A stretch of DNA of 64,000 nt from a virus. Made by a program: the position numbers and the translations under genes. The notes under the pieces are model-generated. The model was not told the origin of the DNA. It saw only the letters and a program-made list of their open reading frames with translations, and made no database searches. Positions 1-10,549 of this stretch are shown one piece after another; positions within the stretch are counted from its first letter, which is position 1; every line of letters starts with the position of its first letter. The stretch is from the IMG/VR virus record IMGVR_UViG_3300024517_000019, positions 2,370-66,369 of that record; one strand, written 5' to 3'.

Positions 1-1
1 G

Positions 2-3000
2 AGCATTACCCACGGCAAAGGCGGGGGACATCGTCACAGCACCAGCTCGGAACGTCGTCGTAATGGCCGAGAATACCTTGCCAACGACGTTTGGCAGCAC
101 CGCCTGGTCAGTTCGCTTCACTGCTTCGTACAGGTCAGGCCTGAACCAGAACAGGTGAGGCTTCATCTTCTTCAGGCCAGTGATGTTGCCATCCTCGTCA
201 GTCTCATACTGGCTGGCAGTGTCGTACAGCAGCAGGACCGGGTCAGCACCATTGTTGAACAGGTCAGGACGCCAGATGTTGAGCGTTTGCGTCAGGCTGT
301 CAGGGTCCATGTTCTCCAGGTCTTCCTGGCTGATTCCGTTCTCCAGCATGATCTTCTCAATACTGGGCCAGATCTCAGATACGTTGAACTGAGTAGGGAC
401 ATTCTTCGGCTGCAGCTCATGGACAAATCCACCAGGCCCCTTCATGCCCGTGTGTAGTGCCTGGTCAGCAATCGTCTTGGTCAAGTACACCTCGTTGCTG
501 CGAGAGTACATCTTGATCGTCTTGCGGATCGTTGACACCATCGGGTCAATGATCCGGTTGCCGCTGCCGTGACGACGCTTGAACAGCTGCGTCGAGCTGA
601 ACAGCTTGGCACCGCCAATCGACTTAGGGATCTTCTGCGACTGATCGATCTGACGGTACATGGGGACGTAGTTGTTGTGGGAGTCTACGATCCGCTTGGC
701 TTCCAGCAGAGAGATGACCCCTGCATGTGCCGAAGCGAACGTCATGGCATCATTGAACTTCTTCAGGTCCAAGGCTGCCTGTCGCCACACTGGGTTGTCG
801 TACTTCTCAACGAACTGGGTAGCGTCCTCCAAGGTGATACCCGGCTGCACAGGGGTTGCGTTCCCCTTGGCGTCAGTCTTGTTCCACATCTCGATCGCTT
901 GCAGTGAAGCAGCAAACTCCGACCACTTGCGGTACTTCTTTCTGCTCCAGCCCAACACCTTGTGGATGCCACGCATGTTGACCGATTCGATCTCAACCTT
1001 GTTAATGTCCTCGTCAATCTCAAGGGCATCAAACAGCTGCTGAGCATGCTCGGCTGTCATCTCATTGTCGATCACCTCTCGCTTCACCAACTGCTCGAAC
1101 GTAGGGCCGATAGGCTGGTTGTTCCTGGGCGAGAAGACTTCACCTTCGATAGCCTGCCTGGCATTGGAGGGGCCGGTGTAGTTCATCACCTCAGCCACTT
1201 CCTTGGCCGTCTCACCGGGCTTGAGCTTCTTCCCGCCTCTCTTGCGGCGTTCGTTCTCAAACACCCGTAGAACGTCATTCTCGTCCTTCAGGGCCGTGTA
1301 CAGAGACCGGGTCATCCCACCAGCCTTCTGCACTCCCCAGTCGAACGTCGTCTGGCCAAGCTCACGGGGCATCTTGCTGGTCCACCAGTCACCCCACCAC
1401 ATCTGGTCATCCACTCGCTTCTCGAAGCCAGCACTGATCCAGTTGAGCGTGTGGCCCTGCATGTCCTTGATCTTCTTGCCCATCTCCGGGTTCTTCTCAA
1501 TCCAGTCCTGGAAGTGAGCGGAGAAGGCAGGATAGTTCCGGCCCAGGTAGTCAGGGTTCGACCAGTACAGCCGTACAAACTCAGCGAATCCCTCGTGTAT
1601 CCGACGACCGATACTACGGAAGTTACCGATGTCAGATCGAGCAATCGTTGTGTCAATCCAGTTCTTGCCAGCATCCTGGACAGCAACCACGATCGAGTCA
1701 GTGTTGCCCGATCGATACACGCCTCTAACCTCGCTGCCGTTCTTCAGCACAACCTTCACCCGTTGGTCGTAATCAAGGTCACGTAGAGAGACCCGGGCAT
1801 CCGTCGGGGCCGAAGACACAATGTTCGTTCGCTTATCGAGTACGTGACCCACTTCGTGAGCATGGATCATGATGTCGCCACTTGCCTTGTTGCGGCGACG
1901 GATAATCTCAGGGGCAACCTTGAAGACCGCCAGGGCCTTACGGTTGCTGATGTAGTTCTCGAAGATCGGCACGTCGAACCAGATCGACATCGTCTTGATG
2001 ATGTCGTGGTGGCTACTGTAGGGAGCCTTGTTGTTGTCAGGCTCTCTCAGGTTGACAGTAGGTCCGTCAGGAGTGATTTGGGCACCGCTCTGTGAGTCAC
2101 CTGCGAAGTACTGATCAGCGTCACTCTGCTCATCCGTTTCAGCTTCTTCAGCCTTACGTATGTCAGCGTAGATATTGTGAATGCGTTCGGGGTAGTGAGG
2201 GGACTCCATGGCCTGCTCGTCAGATTGAGGATGGTCTGACTCCTCTTGAGCAGGCTGCTTCCACTTGATCTTCTCGACCGCTTCCCTCGCCTTCGTTTGT
2301 GCCACCCCGCCTTGTCCCTGAACAGTCCACGATTCACCACTGCCCCAAACCTTGACTGTGTCACCAGTCCTGGCGGGCTTCTGCCCTGTCCACGCAATTA
2401 CAGGCTTAGAGGTTGCCCACACTGCTTTGATCCCGCCCTTGAACCTGGAAACTCGAATAAATCCAGCGTCCTTCAAAACTCCCACGACTACCTGCTGGGG
2501 TGTTGCACGCTTGATGCCCAGGTCTTCCAGGTTGATCCCAATCGTCTGGCCAGCCGTTAGTTCATCCTCGTGCAGATTGAATGCCTCAGGCTCCAGCTCA
2601 TAGGTGTAGCCGTCTCGGAACACGAGCTTCTTAGCAGCACTGACCGTGAATACAGGGTTGTAGGAAAACTCAGGAACGTCTTTGGAGAGAGTCTTTACTA
2701 GCTCGGCACCAGTCTCTTTAAGGCGAAGGCCACCCGTAGCCCCCAGGTCGTCAGCGTCAAGGATGATGTCAGCATCGACATCAGTCTCCTTTGCACCAAC
2801 ATGAGAGTACATCTCTTCACGCTCTGCCTCTTCGAGGTGCTGGAGGCTGTCCGTCTGCCAAGAGCTATTGACCCTCTGCATCTTCGACAATAGGCCACTG
2901 TCGATATCTTTGAGTTTCTTGATCTTGGAGAAGTCAGCACCCATTCGTTTCATGAACGCCAGGTGCTGCTTGACCTCAGATCGGGTGCCCACGTAGCCGA

Positions 3001-6000
3001 TTCCTGACTTCGTAGGGACGTGTGTCATCTGGAACTTCTTGGTCGGCACCCATTGGTTCTCCGTCCCGTTCCATTCCATGTCTGGATGGATCAGAACCGT
3101 GCCTTCAACCAGCTCACCAGATACGTCAACTTGATCCTGGACCTTGGCCTCGCCTGGCCGAGTCAGCTTGACTGTCGCATCTGACTTCCCTCCCTTGATC
3201 GACCTGGCATCCTTCTTGAGTAGATCAAAGAAGCGAACGTCCTTCTGCCTCTCACGGGCCGTAGCACGACGCTCGATCAGTTCCTGAGCTGCCGGGCTGA
3301 GCTTCGGCTTCTTGGCTGGTTTAGCCTTGGCCTTCTTAACTGGCTTAGATTCGGACTTGGGTTCAGGCTTCGCTTCTTCCTCAGCACCAACAAGCTCCAG
3401 GAACCCTGTGTCCTCAGACACTTCCCATTGGGCAGGATCAAGGTAGTGAGCGAAGATGACCGCCCGTGGCTTCTTCCCCCAGTCACGCTCTTCTATCTCC
3501 GCAACCACCGCACGCTGGGCAGCGTCAATGTGCTCATTCGTGGCGGCAGGGAACTCTTGCTGCAGGACGACTGCCAACTCAACCTCAGGAATGTAGTACC
3601 CACTCTCTTCGCTCTGCGACCGGATAGGGCCACGCAGTACGTACTCCGTCTGAGACAGGTGATTCAAGATAGCGACATCGCCATCCTCAGCTTCGCTCTC
3701 AAGGATCGGGCTTTGCTCAAGCTTGTCTAGAACACGAGAGACGTTCCCCTCGTACTCTTCCAGGTACTTAGGTGCATCGGTCACTACCCCGTCGAAGCCA
3801 AGCCTGCGGGCCACGGCGTGTATGTCCGATGGGGTGGCGTCCTTGGGAATCTCAGGTGCCCTGGCAACAGACTTGATCCGATCAACCCAGGTTTGGTTCG
3901 CTGGCTCAACTGTCTTTGGCTCAAGCGTGGTGCCTTTCTCTGTGGTGCGTGTCTCGCCTACCAGCATCGCATCGAATACTGACTTCAGATTAGGACTGAC
4001 CTTCTTGGCCAGGGGTGTCCCCTTGATCGCCTTGTAGATTGCCTTCAACCATTCCTTGAACTTGGCGAACACCTTCTTCAGGGCTGAACTGGGGGCCTTG
4101 CCGTCCCTCAGGTATCGCTCAAAACCAGAGGCGAACTGTTCCTCTGCTTCTTCCGACCACACAATGCCATCCTGCTTCAGTTCAGCAGACGCTCTCTCCA
4201 TCAGGTTCTTCGGCAGGGATCGCCTGAAGATGTGCCCTAACTCATGGACTAGCGTTGATACGTCTGACGACTCGAAGGCGTGAAGGATCGCTTGGTTGTC
4301 TTTTGTGAACTCGACTGCACCACGCTTCTCGCCTCCGCGTCGCTGCTCAAGGATGTCGCTGATCACAATGTCAGCATGGTCGAATATGACGTAGTTAAAA
4401 GTTGCCTCGCCACCAGACGTGTGGCGAGAAGCCTGGTCAAAGTATTTGATGCCCCTGATTCCATGGTCAAGCAGATGAAGCGAGGCCTGCTTGGGTGACC
4501 ACTTACTTTCTTCGTATCCCTCAAATTCTTCTTCCGTTTCCTCCACTACTAAGCTGCTTAGCCACTTGCCAACTTCCTGGCCTTCCACATTTTGCTCAAA
4601 GTAACGCTTGGCGTCCTCTCTTGCGTCATCCTCGCTCCGTCCGGCACCAACGGCATTCTTTTCACCGTCCACAACCTCATAAGCAGCCCACATCTGTGGT
4701 GCCACGTAGAGTTCGCGGGCGATGCTCTGGTAAATGGCTTTCCCTGTCGGGAGATCAAAGCGGACCGGGCCGCTTCCTTTTTCCAGGACGGAGGAACCAC
4801 CCGCTCGGTTGGTCACTCCGCCGTCGGCGGTGTACCGTGGCAGAGGAGTGATTCCCGGTTTGCTCAGTCTGGGAACCTGCCCCATAACCGGAATAAGCCC
4901 GGCAGTCCTTGACCGCCTTCTGAGGTCGTGCATTCCCTCTTCAACTTCGTCCCACTCTTTGCGGATAGCAATTCCTTCAGTCCCGTACTCCTCCCCTCCA
5001 CGAGCAAGTAAGTCGTGATGGCGACGGGCAAGGCTATTGGCTCTTTCGTTTAAGTCATCTAAGTCCTTCGACATCGCCTGGTGGTCAGTGATGATCGGGG
5101 CCGAAGTACCCTGCAAGGCAGTTCTCACTTTTTTGCTCTGGCCATCCAGGGGCTTGTCCCACAGCAAGTAATCCTTCTGCTCTGGTGCCAATTCAACTTT
5201 GTAGAGCAGCCCGGAGTAGGGCTCTACGCCTGCATCCTTCATGTTCTTTGCTTCTGGGTGAGGGCTGAGCAATCTCTTCCGCCCTCCCTCCACAGCCATC
5301 CACTCAGAAGTGCCCTTGAACCCCATCTCTTTCATTTCTGGGGTAATCTGCTGAAAGCCCTCTCGCTCCACCTCTTCTACGTCAACCGACCATCTGCCGC
5401 CTTTGCCCTCATGGAACGCAAGGACCCTGTCGTAGCCTCCCCGTCCACGGATAATTCGGCCTGGAGTGTAGTACTCGCGGAGCTTCTCCATCGGCTGTTC
5501 ACGGCCTCGGGATAGCCCCTCCTTGTAGGATCTGCCAACCGCTTCTGCGTCAGCAAAATAGAGTCCCCAGCCATAAGTCTGGTTGCCTTCCCCTTCGCCG
5601 ACATGGTCCAGCAAAAACTGTGGGAACGCCTGGTGGGATGGTGATCCGTGCCAGGCAGGGTGATAGAGAACGTCACCGCTCTCATCAACTTCACCACTCC
5701 GCTTGGCGGTGATCTTCTCGAAGAACTCGTCAGCAGGCCTGTTGTTTTCCTTCGCCCATTGCTCAGCCCTGGCATTGGCAATCTGCATCACTGCTTCGGA
5801 CTGCTCTTTGCCAGCTATGGCCTCAATCTCTTGGGCTACTCGTGAAGCGTGAGCGGGGTCTTGTAGGGTGGTTCCGGCCTGTGTGGTGTGAGTGGGGCCG
5901 ATATCGACACCAAAGACATCGGACAAATCGCTCGCAGCGAGCTTCTTGGAGGCGTCCCTGGAGGCGGAGGCTCTCTGCAACAGCTCCATTGCACGTTTGG

Positions 6001-9000
6001 CCTCCTTGAGACTCCCGTACTCGACGGTATTGGGGTCTGTCTCGTGAGGGCCAACTGTCTTGATCGGGGTATCGACGAACCACTTGCGACCCTTGCCGCC
6101 AATCATCCAAAGCTTTCCGTCACTGCCACGCTTGGTGTACGGCGTGTCAGAGTCAGGGTTGTACTCCCAGCCATCAGGCTGCATGTAGCCGTCAGTGTTG
6201 CCAGGGGACTTCTCCGTCCCTGGCTGAACTGGCTTCTGGGAACGGTCAGGAGTTCTCGACCAGACACCCGTCTCGCCCATCGCCTTGAACACTGACTCAC
6301 CTGAGTCATCGATCAGGCCAAACGTCTTGAGTACCCTTTCCAGGAACTTACGTGCTCTACTAGCTGGCTTGGATGACCTCCACTTGGGGAAGGCATCTGC
6401 GACATCTTCCTCTTGCTCCCAATCCTCTTTGCTCTTGTCCGAGTACTTCTTGACCAGGGAGTTCCATTCTTGCTGAGTGACCATCCCTCCCTTACGCAGG
6501 AAGTGAACAACCTCGTGCTCAAGGGTATCGACTCCAGCCAGCTGCTTACTGATCTTGATTATCGCCACACCGTGAATAGGGGCCTGGCCTTCGACAACCA
6601 TGCCGATCATTCCACGGGTGCCAACCCCTTGCTGTCGCTCTTGGGGAGTAAGCTCACGACCAACCTGTCTCTCAACAGCTTGCCACTCAACCTCAGTCAT
6701 GTCGCCCATATCAGAGACGAGTATGTCAAAGAACTTCCCGCCAGCCGTGTTAACTCTCCAGCCTGCGTTTCCTTCAAGCTCGTCTACCTTCCTTCCGGCT
6801 GCCAACTTGCGAACGTCCTTGGTGCCGATACGGGGGTGGATTGCACCTTCAGCAGCAGGGGGACCAGCCGAGACGTTTCTCGCAGGTTGCACTGGTTCAG
6901 GCTGAGGCTGCTGCTCTTGCAGGCCGGGAGGGAGAACCTGTGGTGCTTCAGTCGGTGACTGCGGGAATGGCTCTGTGAAGTCAGGGAAGTCACGGGCATT
7001 GGCTTCACGCCTCTGCACATCCTGCTCTGCCGTCATTCCACCCCAGGGTTGCCTGTAGCCCTCTGGGTAGCCCACTTCGCCTTGGATTGGGCCAGGCTGT
7101 GGCACTGGAGTCTCAGCAGCCGGGGGCATCGTCTCTCGTAGCGAACCTGGGTCCTGAACCTGACCTGGTTGTGGAACCTGCTGCTCAGGGACTTGCTGTG
7201 GCACTGGTTCAGGGGCCACCTGCTCTGGAACCTCTTCAGCAACCTCGGCCTCTCGCTCAGCAAGCTTCTCCGCTGCTTCTACCTGCCGCTGCAGTAACAC
7301 TTCACGAGCGTTGGCCTTCGCATGCTCTGCGAACTTACGCCTCTCTTCAGCACTGTTCTTCAGATCCTTGCCGAAGATCACGCCTTGCTTTCTCAGGTCG
7401 CTCCGGGTGGGGTTGTCAGGCAGGTCCAAAGCAGCCTGCGGGAACTCAGCTGAAAACTGATACGGGTTGTCTGTCGTCTTGGGACCAACCCTTGCCGCTC
7501 CACCAATGATCGAGAAGGCAATCAACTCAGGAAGCATGTCGTCCCAAAGCTCTTTGCTGAAGGGACCGTACTTAATCAGCTTCCCAGGCTTTCCGTAGTC
7601 CTCCCTAACGCCAGTTAAGCCACGGGCTGCATCACCAACCCACTCTTCCGCCATCTCCTCACCGACGCCATGGAAGCCGCCCTTCTTGAACACTCTCCCA
7701 AGGGCACCCATGTTTCCAAACGTGCTCCGCAGCCGACGACTGATCATTGTCGCCTTCAGGGCCTCCTTGAACGCTGTCACCCTGGCTATCTCAGGCAGGT
7801 ATCTAAACGAAGCACCGAAGTGCTCAGACGCCATCTCAATGTAAGAGTCCAGTCCGCCTTTCATCATCGAGGTCATGAACGACTCGTCCACCTCGGAGGC
7901 CATGATCTGGCCCATCTGCTTCATCTCGTCCTTCGTCAGGGCGATCTTCGGTATCCGACGCTGAGATACGTTCTTCAGAATGTGCTGCGGGTTGGCAATC
8001 GTCTGCAGTGGGATACCACCAACCAGGCCAGCTGCGACCTTGCCACCTAACTTTGGTGCCCAGTGTGCTCCATGGGCAAACATGGCCTTAGCCGCTCCCC
8101 TGGCACCAACCTTCGACAGCCCTGCGATGGCTCCCCTGGTGGCACCCTTCATTCCAGCTTTGAAGATCGTTCCAGTGCCAATGAACTCCGCCATGAACGC
8201 TGGTGCATGAGAAACTATGTCACCAATCTTCCCCCACCGCCCCTTGGCCTTGTATCGTTCCTGCTGTGCGATGTATTGAGCAACAAGTCGATAGTCACTC
8301 TCGCCAGCCGTGCCCTTCTTCATCGCCTCCACGGCACCTGTGAGCTGATATGCCTTTCCAGCGTCAAACAGTGATCCAGTGATCGGTGCTCGCCTGGACC
8401 AGTAGTTGATAGCCTTGCCCTCTTTGGCCTTCTCTTCCTTGAGAATCTTGGCAAACGTCTTAGCTCTCTGCTGCTCTTGCCAATACTTCAGGTCAGTGTT
8501 CTCAGCAGGCTTGTCGCCCCATAGCTTCTTTGGGTCGTACTCCATGTCTTGGAAGTACTGACCCTTGTTGTTGGCAGCGGGACGGTCCTGCTCTTCTTCG
8601 AGCCTGCCAATGTCACCCTTCTGCCGAAGGTAGGGGTCTCTGACGCGGACTTGGCCGTAGGGGTCAATGTAGACAGACCCACGCTTCATGTTCCGCCAGC
8701 CTCGGTGGCCAGATCCACCTGGTCCGTACTCCATCGTCGGAGGCTCAGCACCTACCAACTGCTCCTTGCTGGTGACCGGTTCCCAACCGCTCTGCTCCCA
8801 CTGGTCAGGCTCTCTGGTGGATGGTTCAGGCCCTGGTTCAGGGACAGCTTCCAGTTCAGCTTGGGCTTTGCCAATGTCATGCCATTGCTGCTGTTGCTGC
8901 TGAGGTGACAGTGGAGCGGCAACTGGCTGTTGTGTTTGTGATTGGTCAACAGGCCAGTTGGCCCACTGCTGCTGCTCTGACGCAGCCGGAGTAACTGGTA

Positions 9001-9082
9001 CTTGGGCTGCAGGGGGCTGGTTAGGATCAATCTCAGTCCAACCAGCCTTCAGCCAACGGTTGTCTGTTAGTTGGTCGGGCAC
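2..9082 (-). CDS. Giant polyvalent virion/ejection protein (>3000 aa, 3' end outside window) with ART-like, two zincin metallopeptidase and LPD38-like regions
   Basis: GTG at 9082 follows a GAGGTG RBS. The frame translates cleanly at every point checked down to base 2, and the ORF track lists no minus-strand ORF in this frame. Motifs: AWHGSP..GEGEGNQTYGWGLYFA (~5550-5660), LYKVEL, GIKYFD, NYVIFD (ART-PolyVal-like); STLVHELGH..EEQFASGFERYLRDGKAP (~4100-4250); HAHEVGH..HEGFAEFVRLY (~1565-1865); FRAGAVTMSPAFAVGN at the edge (LPD38-like). Confidence 0.85.
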   Translation of the reverse strand, partial: MPDQLTDNRWLKAGWTEIDPNQPPAAQVPVTPAASEQQQWANWPVDQSQTQQPVAAPLSPQQQQQQWHDIGKAQAELEAVPEPGPEPSTREPDQWEQSGWEPVTSKEQLVGAEPPTMEYGPGGSGHRGWRNMKRGSVYIDPYGQVRVRDPYLRQKGDIGRLEEEQDRPAANNKGQYFQDMEYDPKKLWGDKPAENTDLKYWQEQQRAKTFAKILKEEKAKEGKAINYWSRRAPITGSLFDAGKAYQLTGAVEAMKKGTAGESDYRLVAQYIAQQERYKAKGRWGKIGDIVSHAPAFMAEFIGTGTIFKAGMKGATRGAIAGLSKVGARGAAKAMFAHGAHWAPKLGGKVAAGLVGGIPLQTIANPQHILKNVSQRRIPKIALTKDEMKQMGQIMASEVDESFMTSMMKGGLDSYIEMASEHFGASFRYLPEIARVTAFKEALKATMISRRLRSTFGNMGALGRVFKKGGFHGVGEEMAEEWVGDAARGLTGVREDYGKPGKLIKYGPFSKELWDDMLPELIAFSIIGGAARVGPKTTDNPYQFSAEFPQAALDLPDNPTRSDLRKQGVIFGKDLKNSAEERRKFAEHAKANAREVLLQRQVEAAEKLAEREAEVAEEVPEQVAPEPVPQQVPEQQVPQPGQVQDPGSLRETMPPAAETPVPQPGPIQGEVGYPEGYRQPWGGMTAEQDVQRREANARDFPDFTEPFPQSPTEAPQVLPPGLQEQQPQPEPVQPARNVSAGPPAAEGAIHPRIGTKDVRKLAAGRKVDELEGNAGWRVNTAGGKFFDILVSDMGDMTEVEWQAVERQVGRELTPQERQQGVGTRGMIGMVVEGQAPIHGVAIIKISKQLAGVDTLEHEVVHFLRKGGMVTQQEWNSLVKKYSDKSKEDWEQEEDVADAFPKWRSSKPASRARKFLERVLKTFGLIDDSGESVFKAMGETGVWSRTPDRSQKPVQPGTEKSPGNTDGYMQPDGWEYNPDSDTPYTKRGSDGKLWMIGGKGRKWFVDTPIKTVGPHETDPNTVEYGSLKEAKRAMELLQRASASRDASKKLAASDLSDVFGVDIGPTHTTQAGTTLQDPAHASRVAQEIEAIAGKEQSEAVMQIANARAEQWAKENNRPADEFFEKITAKRSGEVDESGDVLYHPAWHGSPSHQAFPQFLLDHVGEGEGNQTYGWGLYFADAEAVGRSYKEGLSRGREQPMEKLREYYTPGRIIRGRGGYDRVLAFHEGKGGRWSVDVEEVEREGFQQITPEMKEMGFKGTSEWMAVEGGRKRLLSPHPEAKNMKDAGVEPYSGLLYKVELAPEQKDYLLWDKPLDGQSKKVRTALQGTSAPIITDHQAMSKDLDDLNERANSLARRHHDLLARGGEEYGTEGIAIRKEWDEVEEGMHDLRRRSRTAGLIPVMGQVPRLSKPGITPLPRYTADGGVTNRAGGSSVLEKGSGPVRFDLPTGKAIYQSIARELYVAPQMWAAYEVVDGEKNAVGAGRSEDDAREDAKRYFEQNVEGQEVGKWLSSLVVEETEEEFEGYEESKWSPKQASLHLLDHGIRGIKYFDQASRHTSGGEATFNYVIFDHADIVISDILEQRRGGEKRGAVEFTKDNQAILHAFESSDVSTLVHELGHIFRRSLPKNLMERASAELKQDGIVWSEEAEEQFASGFERYLRDGKAPSSALKKVFAKFKEWLKAIYKAIKGTPLAKKVSPNLKSVFDAMLVGETRTTEKGTTLEPKTVEPANQTWVDRIKSVARAPEIPKDATPSDIHAVARRLGFDGVVTDAPKYLEEYEGNVSRVLDKLEQSPILESEAEDGDVAILNHLSQTEYVLRGPIRSQSEESGYYIPEVELAVVLQQEFPAATNEHIDAAQRAVVAEIEERDWGKKPRAVIFAHYLDPAQWEVSEDTGFLELVGAEEEAKPEPKSESKPVKKAKAKPAKKPKLSPAAQELIERRATARERQKDVRFFDLLKKDARSIKGGKSDATVKLTRPGEAKVQDQVDVSGELVEGTVLIHPDMEWNGTENQWVPTKKFQMTHVPTKSGIGYVGTRSEVKQHLAFMKRMGADFSKIKKLKDIDSGLLSKMQRVNSSWQTDSLQHLEEAEREEMYSHVGAKETDVDADIILDADDLGATGGLRLKETGAELVKTLSKDVPEFSYNPVFTVSAAKKLVFRDGYTYELEPEAFNLHEDELTAGQTIGINLEDLGIKRATPQQVVVGVLKDAGFIRVSRFKGGIKAVWATSKPVIAWTGQKPARTGDTVKVWGSGESWTVQGQGGVAQTKAREAVEKIKWKQPAQEESDHPQSDEQAMESPHYPERIHNIYADIRKAEEAETDEQSDADQYFAGDSQSGAQITPDGPTVNLREPDNNKAPYSSHHDIIKTMSIWFDVPIFENYISNRKALAVFKVAPEIIRRRNKASGDIMIHAHEVGHVLDKRTNIVSSAPTDARVSLRDLDYDQRVKVVLKNGSEVRGVYRSGNTDSIVVAVQDAGKNWIDTTIARSDIGNFRSIGRRIHEGFAEFVRLYWSNPDYLGRNYPAFSAHFQDWIEKNPEMGKKIKDMQGHTLNWISAGFEKRVDDQMWWGDWWTSKMPRELGQTTFDWGVQKAGGMTRSLYTALKDENDVLRVFENERRKRGGKKLKPGETAKEVAEVMNYTGPSNARQAIEGEVFSPRNNQPIGPTFEQLVKREVIDNEMTAEHAQQLFDALEIDEDINKVEIESVNMRGIHKVLGWSRKKYRKWSEFAASLQAIEMWNKTDAKGNATPVQPGITLEDATQFVEKYDNPVWRQAALDLKKFNDAMTFASAHAGVISLLEAKRIVDSHNNYVPMYRQIDQSQKIPKSIGGAKLFSSTQLFKRRHGSGNRIIDPMVSTIRKTIKMYSRSNEVYLTKTIADQALHTGMKGPGGFVHELQPKNVPTQFNVSEIWPSIEKIMLENGISQEDLENMDPDSLTQTLNIWRPDLFNNGADPVLLLYDTASQYETDEDGNITGLKKMKPHLFWFRPDLYEAVKRTDQAVLPNVVGKVFSAITTTFRAGAVTMSPAFAVGNA

Positions 9083-9093
9083 TGATCACCTCG

Positions 9094-10452
9094 TTAAGGT
9101 TTCCGTCGCTGGTAGTACTTACCGTTGCTGCCACGGACTGTGAACATTGTTCCAGAGGGAGCGTTCTTCCATTCTTCCGATTGCTCTACCTCGCCGGGAT
9201 TGTAGATAGGCTGGTCCCTGAGCTTCGGAGGTACATACTCGCCACTGCCGAAGGTGTCCTTGAGGGCATTGTCCAGTTCCTCACCCAACAGAGGATTGCC
9301 TCCCTGAGGGGCTTGCTGCGGAGGTGCCTGCTGCTCAGAGGCCTCCACTTCGCTACGCACCTGGTCCGTGTAGTTGTCCCACGTTGCACTGCCTGGGTCA
9401 GCCCCTTGCTGAGGCTGAGTCTGCACTGCATCAAGCTGCTTCTGTCGCTCGGCGATCTCAGCGTCTTGCTGGTCCAGATCTTGCATCTGCTGAACGATCA
9501 GCCTCTTCTTCTGCAGGTGCTCTCGAACCTTCTGTGGAGTGATCTTGGCATCTGGGTCGATCTTCTGCAGGTCCCGTACAGCGTCACCGTAGTCCTTTGC
9601 GTAGTCAGGCTTGTTCTTGTTCTCATCCTTGTGCAAAGGCACCTTCTCGCCAACGTGATCAATCTGCATTTGGATACCCGTCTTCGGGTCGGTGTAAACC
9701 GTACCGGTCAGAGGGTGTGCCGACTGGGCATACTTCGGTCCCTGCGGAGTCTGCAAAACCATGCCAGCTGGTCCAGTCATGCCGCCAGGGTTATGCACTG
9801 GGTCGAACGCAGTTGGGTTGTTTTGAGCGTCGTAGGGCTTTGATATGTACTCCCACTGTGGCTTCTCAGGGGCTTTCTGGTACTGAGGATTGTTCAGTGC
9901 CAGGATACGTCGCTGGAGCTTCGCTTTGCCTTGCTCCTTCTCAGCAGGCGTCATGTCAGGTGCAGTGTCAATCCTGTCCGACATCTGGTTGAACTTGGCA
10001 GCCATCGCCTGGCCATTGGGGTTCAGAAACTGTGCAGGGTTCTGATACCGCTCCATCGCCATGGCAAGCTTGTCGCCGTCCCTGGCGTTCAGGTAGTCCA
10101 TCTGCTGCTGAGCACGCTGGCCGTTGAGGAACTCAAGGTTGTCCCTGTAGCCAGCGTCACGCTGAGTCTGCAACGCCTGTGACTGAGCGAACCCCTGCTT
10201 CTGTCTCTGGGCAGCCTGCTGAGCACCGAACATCTGCCGCTGGTTCTGAGCTTGGATCTGCTGTTGGCGACCCATTTGCTGAGCTTGCAGCTGCTGTTGA
10301 AACTGCTGCTGAGCCTGAGCCATACGGTCACGCTGCATAGCGAATTGCTGCTGACGAGCACGTTGACGCTCAGCCCACATTCTCTGGGCAGCGTCGTGTG
10401 CAGCCTCTCCCATGCGTGCTACAGGAAGAGCAGGCTCAATTGTTATTGGCAC
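9094..10452 (-). CDS. Gln-rich putative internal virion/ejection protein
   Basis: 452-aa ORF with a Q/A-rich helical N-terminus, lying between the tail genes and the giant protein. Confidence 0.65.
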   Translation of the reverse strand: MPITIEPALPVARMGEAAHDAAQRMWAERQRARQQQFAMQRDRMAQAQQQFQQQLQAQQMGRQQQIQAQNQRQMFGAQQAAQRQKQGFAQSQALQTQRDAGYRDNLEFLNGQRAQQQMDYLNARDGDKLAMAMERYQNPAQFLNPNGQAMAAKFNQMSDRIDTAPDMTPAEKEQGKAKLQRRILALNNPQYQKAPEKPQWEYISKPYDAQNNPTAFDPVHNPGGMTGPAGMVLQTPQGPKYAQSAHPLTGTVYTDPKTGIQMQIDHVGEKVPLHKDENKNKPDYAKDYGDAVRDLQKIDPDAKITPQKVREHLQKKRLIVQQMQDLDQQDAEIAERQKQLDAVQTQPQQGADPGSATWDNYTDQVRSEVEASEQQAPPQQAPQGGNPLLGEELDNALKDTFGSGEYVPPKLRDQPIYNPGEVEQSEEWKNAPSGTMFTVRGSNGKYYQRRKP

Positions 10453-10549
10453 GGACTAGGCCTCCGTAGCGAACCGAGCGTTCATCCATATCAGCCCGTC
10501 GGATTCTGGAAAGAGGTGGAGAAACGAGACAAATTGGATCCTGGGTGTC

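Noticed and set aside
155-9030. Dozens of short ORFs on both strands
   Set aside because: They are shadows of the single giant minus-strand frame.
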